From Cyanobacteriota bacterium (GTDB lineage Bacteria > Cyanobacteriota > Vampirovibrionia > Vampirovibrionales > Vampirovibrionaceae): DNA of 64,000 bases. Location: positions 41,933 to 105,932 of the forward strand of contig JAIEMW010000004.1 in the NCBI GenBank assembly GCA_019751815.1, given 5' to 3'. The notes beneath the pieces are model-generated. The model had not been told where the DNA came from and ran no database searches. It saw nothing but the letters and a program-made list of their open reading frames with translations. Positions 1 to 9,392 of the stretch are shown here, in pieces. A program made the translations under genes and the position numbers. How positions within the stretch are numbered: the first letter of the stretch is position 1; the number at the start of each line of letters is the position of its first letter.

Positions 1-29
1 AAGCCAAAGCACAGAATCAGAGGGACCTT

Positions 30-596
30 ATGACCACGACGGCCGACCAGATTCAAAAATCCACTGAAGATAAAATGCACAAAGCCATTGCGGCAACTCA
101 ACATGAGATGAGTGCAATTCGCACCGGCCGAGCCAATCCGATGTTACTTGACCGGATTAGCTTAGACTATTACGGAACCCCCACCCCGTTAAAACAGGTG
201 GCCAACATTTCGGTTAAAGACGGGAGTTCTCTGGTTATTCAACCTTATGACAAGTCCCAATTAGCAGAAATCGAGAAGGCTATTGCCAAATCAGACTTGA
301 ATCTCCCCCCTAACAATGACGGTACGGTGATCCGCATCAGCATCCCACCTCTTTCTGAAGAGCGCCGTAAGGAAATGGTGAAGTCAGTTAAAAAAATAGG
401 CGAAGACGGGAAAGTGGCTATCCGCAACATCCGTCGTGATTCTACAGATGAGATTGAGAAGCTGAAAAAGTCCGAAAATCTCTCTGAAGACGATGTAAAA
501 CGCCGACAAGAGCAAATTCAGAAGCTCACCGACCGCTTTACCCAAGATATGGAACGACTGGTGAGCGAAAAAGAAAAAGAATTGATGGCTATTTAG
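30..596 (+). CDS. frr: Ribosome recycling factor
   Basis: IRTGRANP, YYGTPTPL, NDGTVIRISIPPLSEERRKE and AIRNIRRD motifs. Confidence 0.98.
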   Translation: MTTTADQIQKSTEDKMHKAIAATQHEMSAIRTGRANPMLLDRISLDYYGTPTPLKQVANISVKDGSSLVIQPYDKSQLAEIEKAIAKSDLNLPPNNDGTVIRISIPPLSEERRKEMVKSVKKIGEDGKVAIRNIRRDSTDEIEKLKKSENLSEDDVKRRQEQIQKLTDRFTQDMERLVSEKEKELMAI

Positions 597-611
597 CCCA
601 GAGATTTTTTC

Positions 612-1556
612 ATGGACTCTACTTCAAGCCAACCTACCCCGGTTAGCCCAGGTATTCAGCGGTTAATGAGCCAAAGCAACCGAATTCGTATCGGTCTGTT
701 CGCTTTTTTTGTTCTGTTTTCTGTCACCTGGCTGGGTGGTTGGGTCTTCTCACTGTTTGTTGGGTTGATCTTCCTGATGTCCTTTCAGGAACTGAACGGC
801 ATTTTTCGGGCCAAAAATATACAACCCTCTCAGGTGATCGTCCTCACTACAGGCATTCTTATGCTGCTGGCAGCCAGTTTCGGGCGAACTCACTTTTTTC
901 TACCCATCCTCACCTTAGGAATTTTGGCAGGCTTTATCCGGCTTTTGTTTCGTCACCCCAGGGCCAGTATCCACGACATTGGTGCCACCTTTCTGGCCAT
1001 CTTCTACGTCGGTTTCCTCCCCATGCACTTTATTCTGCTGCGCAATCTGGGAACACCTCCTGGTGATATCTCCTTCAACCCGATCAAAGATGCGGGATTT
1101 GGCTATATGTTGCTCACCTTTCTAGTCATCACTTCCTCTGATGTCGGAAGCTATTATGCAGGCAAACTTTTCGGGAAAACACTGCTCTATCCAGAAGTAA
1201 GCCCGAAAAAAACGCGCGAAGGTGCCTTTGGCGGCCTACTCTTTGGCTGTTTTATGGGCATACTTTTTACACAGTTTCAAGGACTTGCGCTACCCCATGC
1301 GGTGATACTCTCACTGCTTGTTATCATTGCGGCGCAACTGGGAGATTTATTTGAATCCTTACTCAAGCGAGACGCAGGCGTGAAGGATTCTGGGAAATTA
1401 CTACTGGGCCACGGGGGCTTATTGGACCGAATGGATAGCTTTATTTTTTCGGGGGTCGTATCATATTATTATATCTATTGGGTAATTCTCGCTCAGGGCA
1501 TGGCGCAAGACATTCAACCCTTTCTCCACTCCCTGAACGGCCTTTTTAATCGTTAA
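612..1556 (+). CDS. cdsA: Phosphatidate cytidylyltransferase
   Basis: Multi-TM protein with SDVGSYYAGK, VSPKKTREG and GDLFESLLKRDAGVKDSGKLLLGHGGLLDRMDS signature; follows frr. Confidence 0.97.
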   Translation: MDSTSSQPTPVSPGIQRLMSQSNRIRIGLFAFFVLFSVTWLGGWVFSLFVGLIFLMSFQELNGIFRAKNIQPSQVIVLTTGILMLLAASFGRTHFFLPILTLGILAGFIRLLFRHPRASIHDIGATFLAIFYVGFLPMHFILLRNLGTPPGDISFNPIKDAGFGYMLLTFLVITSSDVGSYYAGKLFGKTLLYPEVSPKKTREGAFGGLLFGCFMGILFTQFQGLALPHAVILSLLVIIAAQLGDLFESLLKRDAGVKDSGKLLLGHGGLLDRMDSFIFSGVVSYYYIYWVILAQGMAQDIQPFLHSLNGLFNR

Positions 1557-1594
1557 TTTATCCTGTTTGCTAGTTCAGAAGGCCTCATCTCACT

Positions 1595-2320
1595 ATGGAC
1601 GATCGCCGTCGCCTGCAACTCGACACGCTGATGGAATCACTGGATCTCTCACCCATTGAGACACCCTCTGTCTATGATTTGTTTGACCGTGCGCTGACAC
1701 ACAGCTCCTTCACCTACGAGAACAAGCTTAACTCTCTGGAAAACTATGAACGCTTGGAGTTTCTGGGGGATGCGGTTCTGAAACTCATTGTGAGTGAATA
1801 CCTCTTTGAACGCTTTCCAGATTATCGAGAAGGAGAGCTGACCAAGATACGTGCGGTCATTGTGAGCGATGCCACGCTGGCTGATTTTGCAAGGCTGATG
1901 GAACTTGGGGAATTTATGGTGTTCGGCAAAAGTGAGGCCCGTAATAATGGGGCCAATAAGGTTTCCAATCTTGCCTGCGGCTTTGAAGCCTTTCTGGGTG
2001 CTCTCTTTCTGGACGGCAGATTGGTCGAGATTCGTCACTTACTGGTCTCACTGCTGGAAGAGCAAGTGACATTGGTTGATATGAGTAAGACGAAGGATAA
2101 CTATAAGGCCGTTCTACAAGAACTGACTCAAGCTGAAGGCCACGGCATTCCAGCATACAGAACTGTATTGGAAGAGGGCCCCCCGCACAATAAAACGTTT
2201 TTCATTGAAGTGTTAGTCAACCAAGAGCCCGTCGGGCACGGACAGGGGAAATCAAAAAAAGAAGCCCAGCAAAGTGCGGCTAAAATGGCTCTGGAAGTGT
2301 TTAACGCGCTCGAAGAATAA
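1595..2320 (+). CDS. rnc: Ribonuclease III
   Basis: ERLEFLGDAVL signature plus C-terminal dsRBD (GKSKKEAQQSAA). Confidence 0.98.
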   Translation: MDDRRRLQLDTLMESLDLSPIETPSVYDLFDRALTHSSFTYENKLNSLENYERLEFLGDAVLKLIVSEYLFERFPDYREGELTKIRAVIVSDATLADFARLMELGEFMVFGKSEARNNGANKVSNLACGFEAFLGALFLDGRLVEIRHLLVSLLEEQVTLVDMSKTKDNYKAVLQELTQAEGHGIPAYRTVLEEGPPHNKTFFIEVLVNQEPVGHGQGKSKKEAQQSAAKMALEVFNALEE

Positions 2321-2481
2321 ATTGAAGAATCACGAGAAGAATCCATTGATTTTTTTAGCGGGCAATTTTACCCACTTGTTTGTTTTTATTAAAATATCAA
2401 CCGATTCATATGCCGATTACTGACCGGTTATTTACGACTGGTCTTCTGACTACGCAAGATAGAGAGTGTGACAAGCCCGCA

Positions 2482-2796
2482 ATGTCTATTCTAAACACTG
2501 GATACACCCAGCTTGCTGCCCGTGCAGCATATTCACCCAGAACAAGTGGTCCTGCTGGAGCAGACCCCTCTCGCTATGCGGAACTATCCACAGGTCTTGC
2601 CAATACAGTAACCGGAAAAGAAACCCCAGAGGAATTAGTCGCCCTCAATGAAATTGATAAACAATTGAAACTGAAACTAGAAAAAAGCAAAATTCAGTAT
2701 GAATGGCAGAATGGTTTTAATGACTGGCTATTACAAATCAGCAAAAAGAATGTTGAACAAGCCCAACGCCGTGTTGACGCTGGTGCACTCGGTTAA
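2482..2796 (+). CDS. Small helical hypothetical protein (DKQL...DAGAL family)
   Basis: ORF with likely ATG at 2482; C-terminal half aligns without gaps to 3101..3403 and 57023..57358; followed by a terminator. Confidence 0.75.
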   Translation: MSILNTGYTQLAARAAYSPRTSGPAGADPSRYAELSTGLANTVTGKETPEELVALNEIDKQLKLKLEKSKIQYEWQNGFNDWLLQISKKNVEQAQRRVDAGALG

Positions 2797-2867
2797 TACA
2801 AAAATCAAGGCAAAACTACCTGCAAATACCAATTTTTAAATCTATTGCTTGAGTGAAACCCATTTTT

Positions 2868-2902
2868 ACCGATATCGCGTTTAACGAGGTATCGGTTTTT
2901 TA
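2868..2902 (+). terminator. Intrinsic terminator
   Basis: ACCGATATC...GGTATCGGT stem followed by a T-run. Confidence 0.6.
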
Positions 2903-3100
2903 TTTGTTTTACTTTTTTTATAATCTTAAAATGGTAACTAGCACAAAATTTTTAGATCATGTTTTTATGCCCTTGAGAGCAAATTTCAGGTACTGACCTG
3001 TCTATCATTTCGTTGCTGGGTTAAATACTTAGGGTATGTTGTTATTAATTTCGCTCTCGTGATGTGTAGCACAACAATCTTATTCGTGGGACGGTGAACA

Positions 3101-3403
3101 ATGAGTATTGCAACATTGGCAAGTAGCCTGATGGCGATTAACGGGATGCACCAAGCCAGTGCAACCCTATTTGGCGCAGCCGCACAGCAGCAGGGATTGG
3201 CATATCGAGTGGATCCCAGGCTGATGTTTTCGGGTGATTATCTCACGCTGTCCAAAGTCGACAAGCAACTCACCCTCAGGCAACGTATTGCAGCCTTTTT
3301 GTATGAAACTTGGCAGCAAATTTATGAGCGGGCCCGCCTGCAAGAGCTAAAAGATCTCTTGATGAAAGAACGGTTAAAAGACGCTGGTGCGCTTTACGTT
3401 TAA
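3101..3403 (+). CDS. Small helical hypothetical protein (DKQL...DAGAL family)
   Basis: 100-aa ORF, paralogous to 2482..2796 (DKQLxL, YE, RxxDAGAL). Confidence 0.78.
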   Translation: MSIATLASSLMAINGMHQASATLFGAAAQQQGLAYRVDPRLMFSGDYLTLSKVDKQLTLRQRIAAFLYETWQQIYERARLQELKDLLMKERLKDAGALYV

Positions 3404-3405
3404 AT

Positions 3406-4647
3406 TTAAATTTGCTTAATGTACACTTCCGATTGAAAGGGTAATTCGGGCGTGCTCTGGGGTAAATCCGGGTCAATATTATCGCCAATACCTTGAACGG
3501 ATTTTTTGATCCGACTGCGGGTACTGGCTGTTTTTGAAGCTGGGGGAGAATTACCTAAACGCTCGATCACCTTGGTGGCCATTTTTTCTTGTTCCAACTC
3601 TTTCTTTAAACGCTCATTCTCAGCGTTTAACTCCCGAATAGTCGCCTTCAAGACGGACAATTCAGACTCTTCTTTTTGCTTCTCAATACTTCGCTTTGCC
3701 ACTGCCTCTGTGAGTTGTGAGATGGCCTTTTCGAGTGAACTATTTTGGGTGGCCTGAAAGACCAAACCCGCCTCTGGAGTGGCTCCAGCATGTTTACAAA
3801 AGCGCTTTCTAACCTTCAATAATTTGGTTTTCCCCCGGGCGTATAAGTAAAATTCACCTGGATTTAATGCCTTAATTTGTGCAAAAGAAATACCGGCTTC
3901 ATTCAAAAAAGGCCGAATCGCTTTGTAGTCCTGTTCTGCTGTAATCCCGCCAAACCAAAAGCGATTACACTGACTCAAAATGTCCTTGCTGATACTGGCT
4001 GGGCGTTGTGTTGCCCACAGGCTATCAATGGCTCGTTTTCTGCCCCGTTTTGCAATCCGTTGACTGGGCAGTAAGGGATCGAGAAACTTTTTTCTACCCG
4101 ATCGGGTTGTTCCACCAGAACCGCCACTGCCAGCGACACCGGCTGTTTTTTGCGGGGCATAAATTTGCGCTTCTTCAATCACCAAGCGTATTTTACGGCG
4201 GTATTTTTGTTCCGCATGAAACAATTTATCAGCAATGATGGCATACAAGTGTTGCTGTTCTGCATCCAGATACTCTGAGAGATCAAACACCGCAGAGAGC
4301 CCAAATTGCAGCATCGAGTCAATATATAATTCGATCCCTTCTTCTTCCAATGGCAGATTGGCGTGCTCACCACCAATAATCATCATGGGATAACGCTCTG
4401 CCAGTGTAAAATGTTCTCCTTCGGGATCGATCACACACAAAAGCCCACCGGTTTCGAGTGTTTCTTCCATCAAAACGCCGGTTAAGTAGGATTTTCCCAT
4501 CCCGGATGAGGCCAATATAGCGTCTCGCTCACCCACAGCGGCAAAATCAGACAGCGGCACACTGAAGTGGGGAGAAACGCGAAGGGCTCGCTGAGACGGG
4601 TTACCTGTTGGAATGGCGGCCATGGATTTTTTGATAAAGTCAAACAT
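3406..4647 (-). CDS. HerA/FtsK-superfamily (DUF87-like) P-loop ATPase with C-terminal coiled coil
   Basis: Walker A ASSGMGKS, IDPEGEH, Walker B LVIEEAQ, GRKR arginine finger, ATQRPA. Confidence 0.88.
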   Translation of the reverse strand: MFDFIKKSMAAIPTGNPSQRALRVSPHFSVPLSDFAAVGERDAILASSGMGKSYLTGVLMEETLETGGLLCVIDPEGEHFTLAERYPMMIIGGEHANLPLEEEGIELYIDSMLQFGLSAVFDLSEYLDAEQQHLYAIIADKLFHAEQKYRRKIRLVIEEAQIYAPQKTAGVAGSGGSGGTTRSGRKKFLDPLLPSQRIAKRGRKRAIDSLWATQRPASISKDILSQCNRFWFGGITAEQDYKAIRPFLNEAGISFAQIKALNPGEFYLYARGKTKLLKVRKRFCKHAGATPEAGLVFQATQNSSLEKAISQLTEAVAKRSIEKQKEESELSVLKATIRELNAENERLKKELEQEKMATKVIERLGNSPPASKTASTRSRIKKSVQGIGDNIDPDLPQSTPELPFQSEVYIKQI

Positions 4648-4813
4648 CTGGGCTCTTACTCTCTCTGAAAACCAGCGAACTCTGGCACGTTCTAAAAACG
4701 ACTGGTTATATTTTAGCGAAAAAACCGTCCTAGCAGGTCAGGCAAATAGAGGATATTCGTAAAACCTGCAGCGGAATAATGACAATACCTCATCACTCAG
4801 CAAAAGACAGGCT

Positions 4814-5503
4814 TTAAATCAGCAAATCTTCGCAGAAGGCCCCGTAGGATAGTTCCGGATGACGTATCTGGATTTCTAAAATCCAGATGCCCGGCTCTAC
4901 TGGCTCTGGATAAGTATTCAGCCCAGCTTTCCAGCCAGTGTGAGGGAAGGTCCCAATTAAGTGCCCGGCGGGTTCCAGTTGGAAGACATAGCCTGCCTCT
5001 TTTGCCAGTTGGTGAATATAGTTATACAGGGCGATTCCGGTTGGGCGTTGCTCTTTCCAAAAGGCCCTTGATAGTGTGTTGATCCGCTCACACTGGTTTT
5101 TGAGATCGATATAGAGGGGGTTATCACCCAAAACAAGGGTGCAGCCCACATCACCTTCAAACTGGAGACCGTCCACTTCCAGAGGAACCGGACCGATATC
5201 AATAGTGATAATATCACTTTCTTGGAGTGTTTCATCCGTTTGAGGTTTGTCTCGAAAGGTCAGAACCGTATTTTTGCCAAAATAAATATAAGGACGGTGC
5301 CACAGGGTGGTCACACCAGCCGCCTCAAACACGTGCATTGCCGTCCGTCGGGCAACAGACTCTTTCATGCCGGGTTTCAGTTGCTCTGCGATTCGAGCCA
5401 TCATCTGGTTGGCCAACTGTGAGGCCTCTTGACTGCGAGCCAGAATTTGTTCTGTGGCATAGTGTTTAACTGCTTGAACGGAGAGGGTTTCAGAGACTGT
5501 CAT
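4814..5503 (-). CDS. M24 family metallopeptidase (Xaa-Pro/Met aminopeptidase-like)
   Basis: Pita-bread metal ligands DIGP, EGDVG, GHLIG, LEIQ, CEDL; ATG at 5503. Confidence 0.85.
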   Translation of the reverse strand: MTVSETLSVQAVKHYATEQILARSQEASQLANQMMARIAEQLKPGMKESVARRTAMHVFEAAGVTTLWHRPYIYFGKNTVLTFRDKPQTDETLQESDIITIDIGPVPLEVDGLQFEGDVGCTLVLGDNPLYIDLKNQCERINTLSRAFWKEQRPTGIALYNYIHQLAKEAGYVFQLEPAGHLIGTFPHTGWKAGLNTYPEPVEPGIWILEIQIRHPELSYGAFCEDLLI

Positions 5504-5631
5504 AATCAAAAATCAAACCTCGGTTATGTTTTGCTGGTTTTAGCTCACTGGTTTTAGCACAAGTGATTCTAGCACAAAGCCACTCGTGTATAATGTCCGG
5601 GCAGGCCAATAAATAGACAGGAGTCAACCCC

Positions 5632-5895
5632 ATGACGAACACTCACTCAGAGCCCAGAAAAGGGAGTACCATTATCGGCGGGATCCCCTGGCTGGCCAGA
5701 ATGATTGACAAGGCCCGACTGGAAGCCGCAGGCGTCATCGACACCTATGATTTGGAATACCCTTGCCCGATGGACCGCGGCCTTTTGGGTCAGCTGGGAA
5801 TTGACGCAAAGACATTTCAGACGCTGGCTGTTGAAAACCCCAGTGATGAAGCAATTTTGGCAGCACTCAAAGAAAAAGGCGCTGCCATTCACTAG
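5632..5895 (+). CDS. DUF5069-like protein
   Basis: PR..IGGIPWLARMIDKAR...YPCPMD motif; AGGAG RBS upstream. Confidence 0.75.
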   Translation: MTNTHSEPRKGSTIIGGIPWLARMIDKARLEAAGVIDTYDLEYPCPMDRGLLGQLGIDAKTFQTLAVENPSDEAILAALKEKGAAIH

Positions 5896-6040
5896 CGTTA
5901 TATGAGTGATCACAAACACTTCACTGCCTGAGTCTCCTAAGATAAAGGGAGCTGTATTTTTGATGGGAAGTTGTTTTTGTCCCATTTTGAGCAACCCTGT
6001 ATTGCTGTCTGTTATTGACTTTTTATGAGGGAGTAGCCCC

Positions 6041-6865
6041 GTGTCTGACTCTTTGCAAGCCATGAAATCCACCCCCTTGAAATCAACCCAGGGCTGGATC
6101 ACGTTTCGAACCGACGCCTGGTGGGTTGAGCCACTGTTGACGTTAATTATTCTTGGCTCTTTTGGGATGTATGCCACCTGGGCAGCCTTGCAAGGCGTCA
6201 ATTATCAATGGGGACCCTATCTCTCACCGTTCTATTCTCCCAATCTGGTCGAGTGGTTTCCGCAATGGTTTGGCAGCTGGCCTTTTTCTCCTGCAGTACT
6301 GATTCTCCCCTTTCCGCTTGTGTTTCGAGCCACCTGCTATTACTACCGTAAGGCGTATTACCGCTCTTTTTTCACCAGCCCGCCAGCCTGTGCTGTTGAT
6401 ATTACGGGGCAAGCGCCCAAGAGCCCTTTGGCATTATTGCTGGGCCAGGGCAAAGGCTACACCGGAGAAACCGCATTTCCTTTGATTTTGCAGAATGCCC
6501 ACCGTTACGCCTTCTATTTTGCAGCCCTGTTTATCTTTATCCTGGGCTACGACGCCATTAAGGCCTATGTCTGGACCGATGGTTTTCATGTAGGGGTTGG
6601 TTCTTTGGTGCTCACCATTAACGTTGCCCTGCTCGGTCTTTATACCTTCTCTTGTCACTCCTGGCGGCATTTACTGGGGGGCTGCATTGATTGCTTCTCC
6701 TGCGACAAAATGACACAGGTGCGTCACAAGGCCTGGGAGCGTCAAAGCCTTCTGAACGAGAAACATATGCAGTTTGCATGGGCCAGTCTGCTTTGGGTGG
6801 CCTTTTCTGATATTTACGTTCGCCTTGTTTCCAGCGGCGTCTGGACCGATTACCGTCTTTTCTAG
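6041..6865 (+). CDS. sdhC: Succinate dehydrogenase membrane anchor, Sdh1/type-F-like
   Basis: Multi-TM; YLSPFYSP, FRATCYYYRKAYYRSF, QNAHRY, SCHSWRH and HMQFAW motifs; directly upstream of the flavoprotein gene. Confidence 0.8.
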   Translation: MSDSLQAMKSTPLKSTQGWITFRTDAWWVEPLLTLIILGSFGMYATWAALQGVNYQWGPYLSPFYSPNLVEWFPQWFGSWPFSPAVLILPFPLVFRATCYYYRKAYYRSFFTSPPACAVDITGQAPKSPLALLLGQGKGYTGETAFPLILQNAHRYAFYFAALFIFILGYDAIKAYVWTDGFHVGVGSLVLTINVALLGLYTFSCHSWRHLLGGCIDCFSCDKMTQVRHKAWERQSLLNEKHMQFAWASLLWVAFSDIYVRLVSSGVWTDYRLF

Positions 6866-6883
6866 AGCAGAGGCTTTTGATTC

Positions 6884-8614
6884 ATGACCAGCTACAACAC
6901 AAAGTACGAAACCCATACACACGACGTCGTCGTGGTAGGTGCCGGTGGTGCGGGTCTGCGCGCCGCTATTGAGGCTTCTTCTCAAGGTCTTTCCGTGGCC
7001 TTGGTGTGCAAATCGCTTTTGGGAAAAGCCCACACCGTCATGGCGGAAGGCGGGGTCGCTGCGGCAATGGCCAATGTGGATTCTGCCGATGGTTGGCAAA
7101 CTCACTTTAAAGACACCATGAAGGGCGGAAAGTTTTTAAACAATTGGCGTATGGCCCAACTCCATGCGCAAGAAGCCCCAGACAGAATACGTGAGCTTGA
7201 GCGTTGGGGTGCTGTGTTTGACCGCACGCCGGATGGACGAATCTTGCAGCGTCCTTTTGGCGGGCATACTTACCGCAGACTCTGCCATGTGGGTGACAGG
7301 ACCGGTCTGGAGCTGATCAGAACGCTTCAAGACAAAGGGGTTCACTCTGGCATTGATGTCTTTATGGAATGTACGCTCACGCATCTTCTCAAGGACGGTG
7401 ACCGTATCTCTGGTGCCTTTGGATACTGGCGTGAGTCCGGCCGATTTGTGATTTTCAATACCAAGGCGGTTATTTTGGCCACGGGTGGTATTGGTAAAGC
7501 CTTCAAAGTCACCTCCAACTCTTGGGAATATACAGCTGACGGGCATGCGATGGCCTACAATATTGGCGCCGAGATGATTGATATGGAGTTTATCCAATTC
7601 CACCCAACCGGCATGGTATGGCCCCCCGGTGTCAAGGGCATTCTGGTCACTGAAGCGGTTCGCGGGGAAGGCGGTCGCCTCACCAACAACAAAGGTGAGC
7701 GCTTTATGCAAAACGTGGACCCAGAGCGGATGGAACTTTCCACCAGAGACATTGTGGCCAAAGCCATTAACCGCGAAGTCAAAGAAGGCCGAGGAAGCCC
7801 ACACGGTGGTGTTTTCTTGGATATTTCGTACCGCGGTGCTGATTACATCAAGAAAAAACTGCCCAGCATGTACCATCAATTTATGGAACTGGCCGATGTA
7901 GACATCACCAAAGGGCCAATGGAAGTTGGCCCCACCACCCACTACACGATGGGCGGTCTGAGAGTGGATCCAGAAAGTCAGCAGACCAATATCCCTGGTT
8001 TGTTTGCCGCTGGTGAAGTATCCGCAGGGATGCACGGTGGCAACCGTCTGGGTGGGAATTCCCTGTCTGACCTCTTGGTATTCGGTCGGCGCGCTGGATT
8101 GGGCGCTGCGGAATTTGCAAAAGCCACACAGCAATTCCCCAGTATCAATGATGCAGATGTTGAAAAGGCGATTGTTGAAGTTTCTGAACCCTTTGAACGG
8201 GACAAGGGTGAAAGCCCTTATGCTGTTCACCGGGATCTCCAAGACTTGATGCAGAATAAAGTTGGCATTATCCGCAAAGAGGCAGAACTTCATGAGGCCG
8301 TGACTGAACTGCAAGCCCTTAAAGAACGTGCCCGGGTCTGCTCAGTAGAAGGATCGAGACAATTTAACCCAGGTTGGCACTTGGCGCTGGATTTACGCTC
8401 TATGCTGATAGCCTCTGAAGCTGCCGCCCGCTGCGCGCTCCAACGGAAAGAAAGTCGTGGAGGGCATACACGAGAAGACTTTCCCGAATATGATGCCCAC
8501 TGGAGCACGGTCAACTCAACCATTCGCAAAGACGGTGACGCCATGGCTGTTAGCACGTCCCCCCTGCCCGAAATGCCGAGCGAGTTAAAGCAATTGTTTG
8601 AGGAGGCGAAATAA
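6884..8614 (+). CDS. sdhA: Succinate dehydrogenase/fumarate reductase flavoprotein subunit
   Basis: GAGGAGLRAA, AHTVMAEGG (covalent-FAD His), QFHPTG, TEAVRGEGG, HYTMGG, HGGNRLGGNSL, ESRGGH. Confidence 0.96.
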   Translation: MTSYNTKYETHTHDVVVVGAGGAGLRAAIEASSQGLSVALVCKSLLGKAHTVMAEGGVAAAMANVDSADGWQTHFKDTMKGGKFLNNWRMAQLHAQEAPDRIRELERWGAVFDRTPDGRILQRPFGGHTYRRLCHVGDRTGLELIRTLQDKGVHSGIDVFMECTLTHLLKDGDRISGAFGYWRESGRFVIFNTKAVILATGGIGKAFKVTSNSWEYTADGHAMAYNIGAEMIDMEFIQFHPTGMVWPPGVKGILVTEAVRGEGGRLTNNKGERFMQNVDPERMELSTRDIVAKAINREVKEGRGSPHGGVFLDISYRGADYIKKKLPSMYHQFMELADVDITKGPMEVGPTTHYTMGGLRVDPESQQTNIPGLFAAGEVSAGMHGGNRLGGNSLSDLLVFGRRAGLGAAEFAKATQQFPSINDADVEKAIVEVSEPFERDKGESPYAVHRDLQDLMQNKVGIIRKEAELHEAVTELQALKERARVCSVEGSRQFNPGWHLALDLRSMLIASEAAARCALQRKESRGGHTREDFPEYDAHWSTVNSTIRKDGDAMAVSTSPLPEMPSELKQLFEEAK

Positions 8615-8621
8615 GAGCCCT

Positions 8622-9386
8622 ATGAGCAAACAAGCGGTTTTTAATGTATACCGAGGCAGCCAGGAAGGCGGCGACTTCCAAGAGTTTACCGTTCCCGTCG
8701 AAGAGGGCATGGTGGTTTTGGATGCCATGCACTATGTTCAAGGTTTTCTTTGCCCTGATTTAGCGGTTCGTTGGAACTGTAAAGCGGCAAAATGTGGCTC
8801 TTGCAGTGCTGAAATAAACGGAAAACCCGGTTTAATGTGCAAAACCAGGATTGACGATCTGCCAATTGAGTCCCCTGTCTCTGTGCAACCGATCAAATCC
8901 TTCCCCATTATCAAAGACCTGGTGACGGACGTGTCCTGGAACTTTGAGATGAACAAGAAAATCACACCGTTCACCCCAGACAACGAGGATGTCAGCAGCT
9001 GGCGCTACTATCAAGAAGATGTGGACCGGGTGCAGGAATTCCGCAAATGTATTGAGTGCTTTCTCTGCCAAGATGTCTGCCACGTGATTCGTAACCACGA
9101 GCAAAAGCCCAAGTTTGTGGGGCCTCGCTTCATGGTTCGCCTGGCCTCTTTAGAAATGCACCCGATGGACCGTGTGGACCGACTTCCCTTTATCAAGGAG
9201 GAAGCTGGGATCGGGCTGTGTAACATCACCAAATGCTGTACAGAGGTCTGTCCCGAAGACATTCATATTACCGACAATGCGATTATTCCGCTCAAAGAAC
9301 GGGTTGTAGACGAGTATTACGATCCTGTCGTTGGCCTGCTTCGCGGCATTGGGATTCTACCCAAGCGGAATAAGAAAAAACCCTAG
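8622..9386 (+). CDS. sdhB: Succinate dehydrogenase/fumarate reductase Fe-S subunit
   Basis: CKAAKCGSC, CIECFLCQDVC and CNITKCCTEVCP cluster motifs; ATG at 8622. Confidence 0.95.
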   Translation: MSKQAVFNVYRGSQEGGDFQEFTVPVEEGMVVLDAMHYVQGFLCPDLAVRWNCKAAKCGSCSAEINGKPGLMCKTRIDDLPIESPVSVQPIKSFPIIKDLVTDVSWNFEMNKKITPFTPDNEDVSSWRYYQEDVDRVQEFRKCIECFLCQDVCHVIRNHEQKPKFVGPRFMVRLASLEMHPMDRVDRLPFIKEEAGIGLCNITKCCTEVCPEDIHITDNAIIPLKERVVDEYYDPVVGLLRGIGILPKRNKKKP

Positions 9387-9392
9387 GCAAGC

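Noticed and set aside
5647..6201. 184-aa minus-strand ORF
   Set aside because: Overlaps two better-supported plus-strand genes.
7136..8314. 392-aa antisense ORF
   Set aside because: Lies entirely opposite sdhA; shadow ORF with no recognisable motifs.
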